In this document: one piece after another, positions 36,341 to 54,011 of the stretch | How the letters are laid out: every line of letters starts with the position of its first letter | Position numbering within the stretch: position 1 is the stretch's first letter | Source of the DNA: Raillietiella orientalis | Lineage: Eukaryota | Assembly (NCBI GenBank): GCA_036172245.1 | Contig: JAYWIR010000022.1 | Location: 2,666,001 to 2,730,000, forward strand | DNA length: 64,000 nt | Reading direction: 5' to 3' | Position numbers and translations under genes: made by a program | Notes under the pieces: generated by a model | Told to the model about the DNA's origin: nothing | Database searches by the model: none | What the model saw: the letters and a program-made list of their open reading frames with translations, nothing else

Positions 36341-39300
36341 GAATTAAATGCATCAAATATCGGCAAAACTCCAAAAGTTCTTTTATTTATTTATTTTGAG
36401 TTAAATTATTAACAAGCGCTTTTTATTTTTCTTTTTGATTAGGAGTGAAGCAGATACTGTTATGATATCTAAGGCCCATTTTTTATACGTACTACCATAT
36501 TGTTCGTGTGTAGCCCGTAGGGCTCGTATAACGCGGAACGTATCCCTGCGTTATCCGCGAGTCCACTGTATGATGGAGACGCTTGCCCTCACCGAGGCCG
36601 CGAAAAGGGGAGAAAAGGAGAGGGAAGAGGAGGGACGGTGTCGCTAGTAACTGTCCTTTGCCTTCCTTGCAGCTCGCGTGAGATGCAGGAGACGTCCTAC
36701 TCGAGCTCGGGAGGAGGCTACCCCCATCACGGAGGTGATGCAGTAAACGGTCTTCCTCCGATGCTGACTCTGCTCTACTGCTCGTACGCAGCACAGAATC
36801 GCGTGCGGGTCGGATGCGAAAGTTCTTGTCTTCTAAAAAAAAAAAAAAATATGAAATGAAATGAAAACTACACAAAAGCTGCTTAGGGAAATCCTACGTG
36901 TGCAAGAGGGTTGCTGCCATGCATTGCTATCCACCGAGGATCTCGTAGTCGAAGAGCAGGTGAAGGGGACGGTGCGAGCGCCAAATGACTGGCAAAGCCC
37001 TGGGCCAACCACTGGGAAATTTGCCACAGACACGACAGATTCTCACAGACACGTGTCGTCCTCTACAGGTGCGCGAACTTTAAGAGAACGCAAGACAGCG
37101 CCTTCATTCTTCCTATGAAAGAAGGTTGGTTTCAAGAGAGTTGACCATTGGGCCCTTGGCAAAGTCCTGGAACTAACCAACCATTCATGCACCCTCTGTC
37201 CACACAACTGGAATGTGTGTGCTGGATCACGTCAGCTGCGCCGCCACTGTCGATGGCGCAAGCTCCAAATGAATCAGGATGCAAAACGGAGCGACAACAA
37301 GATGTGCCGATTTTCCGATACTTTTTCATTCATCATGCTCTGCACCATCAGCTTATGATTCACAGAGGCTCCGAGAGACCAATTTCTCCTGGGCGCGCGA
37401 GCCCTCCTGCCCGGCAGAAGGCTGAACAGTCTGCCGTCCTTAGACCATGGAACACCGGAAAGCGGGAGCGGCTCTGTCCCGGAGGTTGGGGACAGGCGCG
37501 ATGCTCGGGACGCGTCCATCTCCAGGGTCGGTTGCTCGGCCGGGTGAGTCGCTGCCGAGACACTCCTTAGCGGATCGAGACATCCGTGGGTGCCGCCGTC
37601 CCGTGGCCAAGGGCTCCTTCCGTGAGAGTTGATGGGCCGGAACGAACGGGAGCCGTAGCCAACCGTTTGCTTCATCCAGCAGAGCCGGTTCCGCTCACCG
37701 AAATCAGCGCCTCCTGGTGACGCTCGTGGGTCCCACACTTTCCACCAGCTACAGCTTTCGAGCCCTCTCGACTGTTCACCCATTTCCGGTTCGAGAATGG
37801 GTTGAGGTCATTTAGGCCCCAACGCCTCGCATCACCCACTTTACCGGGAGAGGCTCCGTTCTCCTTCCCCTGAGATGAGCGCCAGCTACCCCGAAGGAGA
37901 CTTCGGAGGAAACCACAGCTGGATGGTTCCATTCGTCTTTCTCGCCTGGGTGCGGCTCGTACGGCCGATTCGTACGGTCAGCGTTCCTGCAGACCTCCAA
38001 TGCAGTTTCCGCTGGTCTCGTCTTGACCTGCGCAGTTCACCGTTGTCATCCTTCTTTCTTCCAAACCTAGCTCGACCACCTGACTGCGTGTCCTATGTAT
38101 GAAAAGAAAGGAAGAACCAGCTATTTTTACGATGCTGTTCTCTCTTTCTTTAGAAAAAAGAAGGAAGGAGCATAATAGGTGAAGAAGACAAGAAAATTGC
38201 ATCTCAGTGACTCCTACCTGATCCTACGGAAGTGGTCCATCACCAGAGAACTTCTCATAAGACCGCAAAGCTATGAAGGATCGGGAATGTTTATGCTTCT
38301 TTCCGTATTCCTTTGGAAGAAGAGATGTTATTTAAGAAGGGGGGAAGAGAAAGCGCGGAAGAGAATAAAAGGAAAACCATCAGTGTGCTAAAACCACGCA
38401 CTCATGGCTCTCCTTTGATTTATTCAACAAAACGCATTGGATTTCTTGTAACAGACTTGTGAAAATGGTGTTCCTTGCGAAAGGGAAAATGCAAAGCTCA
38501 CCAGCTACATGGACTATGGAGTCTAAAAAAGACGAGTTCAGCATGCATTGGCTTACGTCCACCGAAATGGTCAATCATTATTGCCAATGAGTTGGCTTGT
38601 TTGATATTTTTGCACATTCTGGTTCAAATTAGCTGGTGGGAAAGCTTGACGGTGATCTAAAGTCAAGGATTTTTCCTTTCACGTTCAACCGAAAGAAAGT
38701 CCGTACTTAATGGAAAGAAACTTCCAGGGAAAGAACTGTTGTTTTTTTTGTTTTGTTTTGCTTTTGTATAAGACTATGAAGCCATAGAAGACTGAAGTTT
38801 GGAACCTTATACGATCTCATTTGTTCCCCTAAGAGATAAATTTTCGACATTGAATCACCTATTCTGCGCACCTTAAATGTCTCATGTGTTTGGAAGTTCC
38901 AATTATTTTCTGAATTATGTTAAATGTTTGCCTTATTTTTGCGGATTGGCCATCTGAAACTCTTCCTTACCAGCATATCGAATTACACAGCCCACGGAAA
39001 GTGTTGTTCAACATTCACAGTTCCTGACTTTAGAAAACCCAAGTCTCAAGAACACAATGATCCACGTCACAGAAAACAAACCAAAATGGAGTGTAACCAA
39101 AAAAGGCACACCTCCACAGAATGAGTGGCGAATGCAAACGAACAAAACAAGCAATCAACCAGTTATTGTCAAAGCTCAGGATAGGCAGTTTTCTAACCCA
39201 GACGCGCACACTAACGCAAGCTCCCTGCAAATGGAAACACTAATGGGCAATGTCCTAAGCATGTCCTGGGAATGCAACGAATTGTCTTTATCTTCAGATA

Positions 39301-41301
39301 GATACCACTGTTTGTGATGAATAGTAATAAAGTGCCCTGACCGCTATTGCTGGTGAGCAACAAATCGTTTCCTCTGTCACCTATTCCCTGATTACTAATC
39401 ACTTACTGCAGTTTATAAACCAGGGATGGATAACACAGAGAACACAGTTATACGGAGAATATAACAAACTAGCAACCATGTAGAATCCACTTGAGGAGCA
39501 TTGTAACTGCACTCTTTGCTTGTCTAAGGAGTCTGCAAACATCACAAAAATTGCGATCATTGCAGGAACGGAGTTTGATAATGCAGCTTGTCGATCACTA
39601 ATACCTAACAGGTCACTAGATAACTTTTATTGCTGCTAATACTGCTCCAGAATCAACTCACCTCCAATTCTTGCAAGAATCAAATGTGCTCAATAACTGT
39701 AAATATCGGAAATTGTGCTTAGGCATAACTTAAACTTACAGTTTTTTTATACTGGGAATCATTTTCCGACATTTTCAATATCAGAGTGGGAGTTTCAATC
39801 TGGCTTAATTATGGTGGAAGCAATCCACTTTGCAGTGTTACTGGCAAACCGAAACGAAAGCGTTTCAAAACTGAACCAAACGCTTCATTTTTGAAAACTT
39901 AAGCAAGCAGAGTCGTTCTGCTTAAGATGGCACATTTGATAGCGAACATTTATGCATCCATGTACCTAGTCTCTTCTTTTCTCTACTTATGAACAAAGGA
40001 ATTCAATCAATCCCATCGATCTAATCAGAACATTAAGGAGCATGATTTTAGCATTGAAACCATTGTGTATTCTTTGACCTTCAAGAAAATCACTAAGACA
40101 ATGCACCATAAGCACAACTAGTTACTAAAGAAAACTACAAAAAAAAATGGGTGCAGAAAGCATGGTCAGCATAATGAGCATGTTTCAATGGCATTGAAAA
40201 ATCCATATTACTGTTTAACGAGATAGGATTACATTACTATTTACACAGGTAGGCAATAGAGTGCTTCCATAAGAGCATTCAATTCAAATATCACAATGCC
40301 ATAGCAGTTTCAAAGGGAAGGCTGAATGCTTGGTATTTCAAAATACATATGCACCTGGTTACTAGGTACAAAAACCCTTAAGATACATGAAGCTAATCTG
40401 GGGAAAGAAATGCCTTTACTTGAGAACAATGCTTTCATTGGTAGTTCAGAGTACCAAACCGCACTCTAAAATGTAAACAAGAAAATTGCTCTCCTGATTT
40501 TGCTTTGAACTTTCATTAAAAATAACATACAATATTTCATTCGATTTGATAATGTGGTCGGTCTTCTTGACCAATTCTTCATCTAAAACTCGAATGAAAT
40601 TCATTCCATTTCTTCACAATTTTTTGAAGGGCATGAATCATTACTGAGAATTGCTGTTAATCACAACTTTGTTGTAATGCAACCATTAGTTTTGCAAACC
40701 AAACTATTTTCCACTTTTACACAACTGTTACCTTTTAACATTTAGGCACACAACTTGGAAGTTTCTTGGCCTCATTATTACCTGACAAATGAATCATTCT
40801 TAAAATACTGAACCTGGATTATTCACCTACACTATGCTCCAGTGAAGTTATCCATATTCCTATGCAAAAAAAAACTACATAATAATTACCGCCAATCACT
40901 AATTTAGAAAAGTTACACTGTAGCATAAATGTTGTCTTCTACAGCATCATATGTGTCATATCAACGGTTCTTCGATTTACATCCAAATATGCTTGTAACA
41001 TGAATTTTTACGCATCTCTAAAATTTTTGAAACACTACTTTATTTTTTTACACTATTATTATAATTGATAACATAATCCTAGACATAATAAAACTGCTGG
41101 CAGTAAATGCTCCCTCAATTATCAAAATACTAACAAGTATTCTTCAGGAAAAAGTATTCATAAACATACAAAACCACATGCAAAATATGCTTCAGCCAAT
41201 CTCCTTTCAATGTCAACTGCAAAATGGATAATTGCTACTTTTAAAGTGACTGTAACTTTCATTTATCAAAAGATCTTTTAAATGAATCAATCTACAAAAA
41301 T

Positions 41302-43076
41302 CTATTCACTGTATTCATGTTCTACTTCATTTTCAGCACTAGGCAGATTGTCATCAGCCTCATCATCCTCATTTTCAGACTTGTAATGCTTACTTTCCGG
41401 TTTGTCATCATTTCTGGCTTTTCTCTTTTTAGCTTTCCCAGGGGAAGCACTATTATCTTTGTCTTCGATTAAGTTATCAATAAGTAATGTTTCACTAAGC
41501 TCATGTTGATCAGATGACAATGATGAGTCTGTTGTATTGGGTTCTACTTCAGTGACGGAAGTTTTTTCATCTTTTTCTGGTAAATCATCCAGGCCTTCAG
41601 ACACACTTAAACTTGATGAAGTTAAAATAGCATCTGATGATTCATCCTCAGATGATGCTGGTCTTGGAGTCGAGGGATGACAATCTAATAAATATTAAAA
41701 ACATCCATTTTCAAAAGAAAACTTACTTTCAGGATGGTAGGCATTCAAGTCTGATAAACCATTTTCAAAACCACATGGATTATTATGCTTTCTAGATAAC
41801 CAACTCTCTACCTTACCATTCACACAATACTGATTTTCATCTTTGGATCTGCTATATACAGAAAATGAAATTGTTTTTGAGACATCAAGACTTACAACCG
41901 CACAGAATCTATGGTACTGGCAACAAGAATATTTTTTTCAACTCCACGCAAAAACTTGTCAGTTCTTTTGTAATGCTTTCTTGGTTCAGTTATTAACTCA
42001 CACAATCTCTGAATGGTGAATGGAGCTCTGAATTAAAGTGCATAATCACATTTGATGTATAATGAAGAGTAACAGACAATTAAACTTGAACTGACAAGGA
42101 AACTTAATACATTCATACAATTTTTGCCAGTTTTGGCTGACTGTAGATATAGTGATCTAAGGATATTCTATTTAACATCAACAACATGTTAATTAAGAAA
42201 AATAAACAATGACATCAACTGTTCTAAACACAAATGACCAAATTTTTGCATTTAAGTTACACAGATTCAAATGTGAACTATTCAAAACACATCCACTAAA
42301 ATAATGATAACACAAGCAATCATCCCAAACACGTTTGCAACAAATACTAACAAAATTTGGTGCAGAAGCAGTCTTTCCGCAAAATTCACAAGACATATTT
42401 GAAAACACTTACCCAGTGAAAGAATCAAGTTGATCAATTATTTTTTGCTTCATGATCTCATAATGAAAAGAATCGAAATTTTTTGAGGAAGGTATATCAC
42501 TCAATGGAAAATCATCATTAAATTCATTGATGACCTTTTGCAATTTATATTTTATTATAGGTTTAACTTTTATCCAAGGATACATTATATTTCCTGTTTT
42601 GGCTATCCGAGAGAGAAACTCTTCCAGAACCCATGTTAATTCGTGTGGTGTTCTATTCTCAAATTCTAATAAGATTACTTACAAAAAACTCAAGAGAAAC
42701 ATACATGCATTTAGCAAAGAAATACTGACATTGGTCCTATATTGGACTCTTTTTTCATAAAATATATTGGTCACTGTCCTTTAATAAATAAATATCTTAA
42801 AAACTCATACAGTAAACTCTTAAATGTGAATCATCAATATATCAATCCCTTTTACATTATCACTTAATTACAATGTCAAATACTGAACTTTGGTATATCA
42901 CAAATTATTTTCACACCATTGTTTATTTTACTATAAAATAATGACACAATTTTGGGGGGATAAAAAAATGCTAGATTTACAAAAATAATACACCAGTTTT
43001 ATTAATTTCAAGAAATTTTTTTTTTCTGATTTCATTTACCTGATAAAGCCTCCAGAACGTTTTCGTAACTGTCCAT
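41302..43076 (-). CDS. PPP4R2: Protein phosphatase 4 regulatory subunit 2, 5 coding exons: 43076-43040, 42665-42413, 42027-41896, 41851-41727, 41684-41302
   Basis: Manual splicing at GT-AG sites with consistent phases gives [43 protein letters not shown]...[40 protein letters not shown]. This is the PPP4R2 signature (human [34 protein letters not shown]), followed by an acidic tail (ORF 41302..41604). Confidence 0.93.
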
Positions 43077-43690
43077 TTCAAAGATTACAACTGAACCCAC
43101 ACAACAAATTTGTTTTCTTCGGGCAATACAGAAATGCCGCTTTCGTTGTGAAATGAACTCCTCAAAAGTTTCTTGACCTTAAATATGTTAATGGTCTTAT
43201 ATTGAAATAACTCTTGAAGCCATAAAAACAAAAAACATTAGCAAAACAGTTTCAGTGTATCTAGTTTTTTATATCTCTTATGCTCAGTTTCAAGCTAAAG
43301 TTCTAATTGAGTTCAATGCCGATGAATCAGTAAATTGGCCGGTACACATTAGCAAATTCTTAGAAACTATTACCTTATTATTTCCGCTCCCAAAAACCTA
43401 AATTGCATTTTTAGAGAACAAATTATACTTAAAAATAAAATCAGCAATCATCAAAATGATGAAGAACTTTATTAAAGATGCTGCTCGAAAATTAAGATTG
43501 CAACCACGATCGAAACTTCTTATTGGAACTGCTTGAGACCAGAATCCATGATTAAATTCCATAATTAAAAAGCATAGTTTCTAAGTTTTACCATCAAGCA
43601 AGGTATCCATATACATGCCTTAACTCTGATTTCAAAAAGACTGACAAATAAAGAGTAGCTTGGGAATAGAAATTTGACGTTCGTGACTTT

Positions 43691-43698
43691 TATCGATA
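43691..43698. promoter_or_regulatory. DRE-like palindrome TATCGATA upstream of PPP4R2
   Basis: Exact DREF-binding motif about 600 bp upstream of the PPP4R2 ATG. An 8-mer can occur by chance (another copy lies at 28829 in repeat DNA). Confidence 0.25.
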
Positions 43699-45603
43699 CT
43701 ATGTATGATGTATTTTTCTCTATTTTTTACAGCTCGAAAATTTTCACTCATATTTATTATAAATCTTCCGCAACTTCGTACATTAAGTGCAGTTCATAGA
43801 CTGATCAAGGGTGAGTCATAAGCTGGATCGAAGATGTTACATAGGGCAGCAGAAATGTGTTCCTCAAGTGGCCTTTCTCATATTCAGCATCATTGAAAAA
43901 TGAAAGCACATTATCCCAAATTATAATTCTTGGTGTGTGAAACGTGTGCTTCAAATGACCTTCAAATTTCTCTTATTATATTATATCTTTCTTCTTTTTC
44001 TCTTAAGGGAAAAAAAACATCTTTCAAACTATGAAAAGTGTATTCAAGCTAAATTTTACGAACATTAGCAAGTTGTTGAAGTCATCGGATTAATATTTTC
44101 AAGATATCCATCAATAACTGATTTATTAACAATCCAAATGTGAAGCTCCAGTTGTAATTGCACTACAGACAGTTGTTTTAATTCTATCTTGTTATTTCTT
44201 GTATACTAGTGTTGCTAGCTCGAACTTTCTTGTCATTATTTTTCATGGTAGGATGTTATGATTTAGATTTACTTCGTGCATATTGTATAGTTGTTCCTCA
44301 TTCTAATTTGCTGTTCTCGATAACATTCATCAAGTTCTCTGTGAATCCTTGGGTGACGGATTGATTAAGGGATAATTTCTTCCCATGTTGAAAATGTGAA
44401 TACCATTTTTTTTTGTTTTTTGTTTTCAAGCCCCTTTTCATTCGCTAATTTTAATATAGATGCGAAACATTTTTTTTAACATGGTCCGCTTTGATCAGAG
44501 TCTCATCTTTACGATTGGATAAATGACATCCACAATGCATTGTGTGCTGTTAAAAATTTTGTGCTTCTTCAGAGTATAGCATGGAAATCACTTATGAAAC
44601 AGAATGCGAAGTGTTTCTATATTCACACGACATGTTTGCTCATATTTGTCTTGTCGTCTCACCTGCACCTAATTTATTGATAATCTTTTTCTAGTGGTGT
44701 GCTGGAATCGAGAGTTTACAACGCATCGTACTTGGTTTTAAAAGATAATCTTCCTGTGTACTTCTGTTTCTTTAATTAATTGCGTAGGGATAATTAATTA
44801 TTGTAAAGTACATTCAATTCAGATATCAATACTCATAGAGATTTACTTTTAACAACTATCATTATTGTTACTTAGCTTACTGGACTCATGAGAGTCTCCA
44901 AACATGGAAAGGAATGTTTATTATATTCGAGGAAGACTGAACACGAACCAGAACCAGATTCATCCAGAATGGATTAACCGAGTATCAGTTTAATCTGCAC
45001 GCCTTGGCAACACACGTTTAGGCTCTTGGAAATTCAAATTACTTCTAGTTTTAGGGCCCTCATTAGGTTTTATTTAATGTTGAAAGGAGTTGAGGAATTC
45101 GGATGGAATAAAGTTGCTTCTTATTTACTTTGATAAGAAAATGTTTGAATAGAAAATAGCAACACCAGCAGACTACAGCATTTCTCTAGAATTATTCAAA
45201 ATTTAAGGGCTCATCCAAAACGAAAAAGCGCTTTACATCTTTCCTGAAACAAAGAACATAGGAAATCAATTTCCTGCATGATTGTTTGGAAATTTGTAAG
45301 CTTTTGCATATATGAGAGAGAAATGCATATATGAGCATCAGTACAGTTCCTGTTTTGTAGCATTTAATAGCATTATTTTATAGCATTGATGGAAGTATTT
45401 CTAGATTATGGGTTGGTTCCATGACATTCAAAGACCTTATGCATGTAAACACTAATTTCGCCGTAATTTATAAAGATTCTTCTTGATTTGCTCTTGAATT
45501 TTCTATATTACATCTTGAGATTTCCATCGAAAAATCCATTCAATCATTCATAGAGGTCGGAGGATATTTTTCAATCTGGAAATGGTTTTCATAGCAAGCT
45601 GGT

Positions 45604-45655
45604 ATGTTAACAAACTTAATGTTAACAAAATGTTAACAAACATATATGTTAACAA
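45604..45655. repeat. Four copies of ATGTTAACAAA
   Basis: Directly visible, with 0-5 nt spacers. Confidence 0.85.
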
Positions 45656-48433
45656 AATTCAATCAATAGGTTCTCAATTCTGTGAAAGTAATCTTTGCTG
45701 GATTGACAAAATCTCAATTAAAGTCTTCAGAACTTTGTTGCATTTTTTCCTGAAATTGTTTAACTGAAAGCATGTATTTTCTAGTGCGCATCACTTGTGT
45801 TATAAGCATAGGACAGCGGGGAATGCTATTTGATCTCATAATTTGGATTTTCGACTTCGAGATACTTAGGTGCCTCATATGAAAATCACGAAACATGCAA
45901 GTAGGAAGTATACAGCACGTTAAGTGCACTGTTTCAATGCTTTCCGATTCGAAGGTCTCATGGTGTTTGACTGTATGTTTCCGATCACTTTACATCCGTG
46001 ACCAAATCAATTTAATGAGCTTTATCCTTGTATTCCTCTAGTGCTTCCTTTTATTCATTTCCTCGTTAGTCAGAAGACGCTAAAGGCTTTTCCGATAAAA
46101 TGGAAAGGTACTCAGTAGAAAAAATCGTATTGATTTTTTTTATTGGAGAATCGACTTTTCCAGAGCATTTGGCAATAAATTAATTCTAACTTCCGGATTC
46201 GGGTACGAATGCAATAGCATAAGAAATACCATGCTGTTATGCCGCGTATCTGCTTAGCTGCTTTTGCATTTCTCGAAACGCCTATTCTCTACAGCTCAAA
46301 CCCAATTAACTTGAAATTGAGAAATTCTGAACACTTTGAACATTCATTGAGTTCATATGACTTCCTTAAACCCTCAATTAGAAATGTAACGAAAAACAAA
46401 AGCAAAGAATCACTAGCTGTTCTCTTTCGCAGTTCCATGGAACCACCTGAAACGCTAGGTTGATTGGTATTGGAATGTTTGCAGTGTTTACTGGTCCAAT
46501 GAAGAACTTATATGTCGTTTGATTAAATCAAAATTTAGGGGTTTTTTGGTACATTTCAAAGTTCTGTTTTGTTTCCAACACTCTCATACCGAACATCTCT
46601 GAACCGAACAACATCTCTCATACCGAACACTAATGCTCTCTGATGGTGTATTTGCAGTAGAAATGGAGTGCTCCAGTCGCTTCTTTGGAACTTTTCGAAT
46701 TCCTAGAATGGCTTTCGAGGCATTGATTATATATTATTATTATTCGTACTACCGATCCGTAATTCTCGTTTGCAACCATTTGTCCAGTTCACTTCCAATC
46801 GCAAACTGTTCCATAGCAGCCATCCATTCCTTCGGAGCTCTAAAGCTTGGAGAAGCATTAGCAAAGAGAAAAAAAGCGTCTTGTGTATGTTATGAAAGCA
46901 TTTTAAGGATTCTTCTGTCTACGTAACCACTCCTTGTTCTGAAACTTTTCGATATTAAGCAGTTTTTATTTTCCGGATTACTGCTTAACACCATTGGCAA
47001 AGCACGGAATCTTGCTTTGCAAAAACGGAAAATGCTGCTTCAACTCTATTTCGATTTTCCACCCTTCATCGTCCTATCCAATGGTATGGTTGATTGCAGA
47101 CATCACAAGGATGCCACAAAGAAAAAAGGAAAAGGATTGCCTTCGAGAGCATACTCTTCGTGCTGAAAACAATGTAAGCAATAACAACATATGAGATAGG
47201 AATTTCAAAGTGGCAAAGATTTCGACACAAAGATTTTCTCCATCCTGGAGAGACTTCTCACATTGAGAATTTCAGCATTTAGATGGCAACCGAAGAATGA
47301 AGTGTATCGTTATGAAAGTGTTTTTCGAGTCATCATAAGAACTTTTATCCCGGTATTCACATACTGTGATATGGTTTTGTTTATTGAATTTGCAGTTTTG
47401 TGCTCTTTTTTTTTTTTTTTTTAATCCAGGTTACTATTCCTCTGCACTTTAGGAATGTTTTTAAGCTTTTCAGTATCCCGGGGTATTTGTTTAGTTTTTT
47501 ACTTGCAAGATTTTTAGCGAGTGAACTCGATCGTTCATGTGGTTGTCATTCGTTCTTTTTGTTGATCAAATAGTGGCGCCTGCAGTAACATCTTGATTTA
47601 CCTTTTGTAATATATTTTTTTTTTTTCCTGCAAAAATGGCAAAGTACTGTTTTATTGTTTCACAAAGCTTGCAAACTTGTGTTTTTCAAACTAGGCAATT
47701 GATTAAACTCGGAAATCAAACGTGTATGTAGCATTTCTTTATGAATGCAAGTACCAAAGGGTTTTGATTTGGTGTGGTATTGTTAAATATAATTCCAAAA
47801 CAGCAAGTGAATTCTAATCGTATTATTTTCTCACTATAGTAGTAAGGCTTCGTGACCGTGTGTTGTGTTTCCGATTTTCTACTGTAATACTTCCTCGTTA
47901 TGAATGAGTAGTTGGAATGCAGGTTTAAACAGAAGCTACGGAGCTTCCTTAAGCTACGTTGTGGATTTGTACGGAAAAGTGTACGCAACTATGCATGTAT
48001 TCTACATATACTCAACGTAACTTTTAACGTATGCCTTTTTCACGGATACGCGTGTGTGTGTTTCGTGTTGTGTATGCATTTGTAGATTCTCCTCGTGTTC
48101 CCGGAACTCTTCTGCTCTTGGTGCGCCCGAGTGCAGTTGGTACTCGACGAGGTCGTGCCCGGAGGAGTGTACATGTGCCTGCCTGGCGGTGGTTGTGTCC
48201 GATGGTTGCATGCATCTGTGTCACGGTGGGTTTGAGCAAAACTGTGGTTTCTGTGTGAAGGATATGCCTAATTTACGGGAAGGGTTTTCCAAATTCATAA
48301 AATAAGATTTGAACGGTTGAGAGAGTGGAAATACTTTCACGTTGATGGGTAGCAGTGTCAGACGGAAAACATTCGTTCCTGTTGCCCATGACCATCGTAA
48401 AATTTGACGTTTGTGTTGTACGTCCTTTCAAGA

Positions 48434-50348
<1,915 letters not shown>

Positions 50349-52280
50349 GCAAGAAGTGCAGACCTAAAAGTTGATAATTATGCCATGAAATGCTGATTGC
50401 TGACGAACTCCAATAAGTAAATTATCTATATCTCAGCAGTATATGAGTTTTAAAATTTTGTTTGCTCTCATTGCTTTTCAATGAGTTAGAAGCTCTGTAC
50501 AGCTTTGCTGCTACATTTAAGATTGTCATTGTTTGATGATCCCGGTGTCTTATGCTTAAGTTTAAAAGTCACACAGAACGATTATGTAAAGCTAGAAAAA
50601 CAAGTAGTGAATAAAGCAACATTTTCTACAGTGTTCTGCAGCAAAGAATTGTATCTGATTTTGTGATCAAGTGATCAAGATAAGCATCAACATAACTTTT
50701 CCACTTGTTACATTTGTTCATGTATGTGAAGTCTACAAAACCTACACATCAGTAGCATTCTTTGAGAACGGCACTTCTCACTATGATTTAAATTGTATTA
50801 CAAGATAGCTTCATTGTTAAAATGGGAAATCTCATTTCAGAGAATCTCATTATCATGTTGTCATTGATTTTGTATTGCTTTCATGTTTTGGGGTGCAAAC
50901 AGAAGTGTGGTGGAGGATCTTGGCCAAAGTACATAATTATCAAAGTTTATTATTTTGCACCCGTGTTTTAAATATTATTTACCATGTTATATATGTAATG
51001 CATTCCGAAGCCTCACTGGTAATAATTCAGATTTAATTGGGGGTTATTACGATACCTTTGTAGAGCACTCATATTATGGACTTACGTGATGTTATCCAAA
51101 TGTTGAAAGGAAAGTCAGATTCAACTTTTTTAACCATTCAAAGAATCGTAACTTTTTCTCATGGAATTTGCCTTTTAGCCTGAAGCTTTCAAATTAAAAT
51201 AAGAATTGGTCCATTTATGTAAGTGTTCTACAGGTGGTCCCCTCTGTATTTGTTCTTTTCGAAAAATCAAAATCCCGTATATTCTCCGACTGTGCAGGGA
51301 GGATATATTAATTTTGGAGTTTATTTTTTCCGTGCACGCTTGGATATTTGTCCATTTATTCCTTCCACGCTATCGAAAAACTTTTTACGACATTCGAACA
51401 GAAAAATACTTTTATTAATTGAAGGAAATGACAAAGTATTCCAGACTCATTCAGTAGTTCAGATGACAGATCATTACTGTAATTTATTAAGAAACATGAA
51501 ATAGGGCCACTACAGGACAGAAATTGAAAATACATCCATCGTCGTGGTCCCAACAGCGGTGCTGCAAATCCTCGCTGAGTCGAAAAATGATAAAGAAAAT
51601 AGCCTCCAAAGTCATTTCAGGATTAAAATCTATGAGTTTAAAATAAACAAGGGATCGAAGTAAGCTCACATGGTTTTTGGAAATACGATGCAGCACTTGA
51701 AAATGAAAGGTTTTCCTATATTTGATATTTATTTAGGGAGACGGTGCTACGTCTTCATTACTATCATCAACTTTGACCGACTGCTTGTGGTTCGAATAAG
51801 TTTACACTTCTCTTTTCAGTCTACTCTACTATCTCCATTTCCTTATGGAACCGCCTGAGTAACATATATACAAAAAAAGATTCATTGCTTTTCTAGATCA
51901 ATGTATTTGGCAGAATTTTTAGTCAAGTTTTTTCTTTTTTTTATTTAGATCTGAAATCACATAGCAATTTTTCTTCTAAAATATGCTAGAAGAACGTTAA
52001 AATGAATTTTCACTCTGGGAGACCTAACTGCATTGCGTATTACAAACATATAAATCCACTTTTACATACAAGTTTTCTTTATAATTCAATTTTTACTACA
52101 TTGACCTATATTGTATACTGTGGTGAATTTATAAGTGAATTTGCAACAATATCTAGCAGTTAATAATGACAGTTATTTATACATCCCTTTGTAAGTGGAA
52201 AAGTGCACTGAAAATGGAAATCACAGTTTACAATAAAAAGCTCTGGTATTCTTGATTGCGTGTCATTTTTTCGGTACCGT

Positions 52281-52290
52281 CTTCCTTTCT
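52281..52290 (+). promoter_or_regulatory. Candidate TCT/5'-TOP transcription start of RPS9
   Basis: CTTCCTTTCT matches the polypyrimidine initiator typical of ribosomal protein genes. It lies about 1 kb upstream of the ATG, and an acceptor TTTTAG ending at 53317 just before the ATG implies a 5'-UTR intron. Confidence 0.5.
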
Positions 52291-53335
52291 ACGGCATGTA
52301 CTGCAAAACAGCATAACCTGTTTCTAAAAGTAATGTATGTTCTCTTATTATTGTTGGCATCATTTTTGAAAGTATAATGAAGTTGGTCTAAACGGAATAG
52401 CTAGAACAACAGACAAAATTTCGTTTGGGCTAGTATACTACCGTTTCAGGTGTTTAAACAGTATTTGTGTACTGCGTTGCAACCCTTTAGTAATAATGTC
52501 AAGTTTAGAACTAACTTATTTTTCTTAAGAAGCCAAGTTTCGTCGCGTCGTACAATACTGTGCTATGTTTTAGCAGGATGTGTAAATAATACTGATGTGT
52601 AAAGCTAATATTTTCTTTAAAGGATTTTTTTTAAATTCTGAAATTAAAAATTTTGTAATTGGATAGTGCATAATGCTTACATTCCTCACTCTATTGTATA
52701 ATTCAGTATGTTCGATTAAGCAGTGTTCATTTTGAATAAAGTGAAAGTTTAGTGTAAAGGCAATTCATGCACAGTATCCATGATTTTGTTACTTTTATGT
52801 AGATACTTGCAAGTTTACACGGGATGAGTGGACGTGTTTCGCGAAATTTCTTTTTTGTTATTTGGTAACAAATTTCGAGAAGGACATTGAAATAGTTAAA
52901 GGCTTCTAGCATAAATCATATTTAATACGAATTTTTTTTTTTTCGAGTTTTGCATTTTTTTTTTTGGTGAAGCATTATTGGATACCATTTTTAAAAAATT
53001 TAAGCATGATCTGTGAATTAATTAGTTTGATTATAATTTAAGTGGTTGTTAATTAAATTATAATTAATCTAAGTAAATTTCTACTCTTTCATTGCTAGAA
53101 ACGATGTTTTGTGAGAGATCTGCACCAAAAATAACAGAATAATTGAGTAGTTTCATCTCTTAAGTAAAGACAAATGTACAATTATCATGTGGATATTGAT
53201 TGGACTGATATCAATTTCAGTAATTGTATTTACCAAACACTAAAATTGATCAGTTCCTCATGTTGAGAATTAAAATTTGATTTAATGTTAGATTAAGTAG
53301 TTTTGGTATCATTTTAGCATCGTCCAATTGCATAA

Positions 53336-54011
<676 letters not shown>

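Noticed and set aside
46582..46629. Direct repeat CTCTCATACCGAACA x2 as a CRISPR-like array
   Set aside because: Two copies only, in a eukaryotic context; a local duplication.
47716..48305. Small ORFs upstream of NFS1
   Set aside because: No homology or splice structure is evident.
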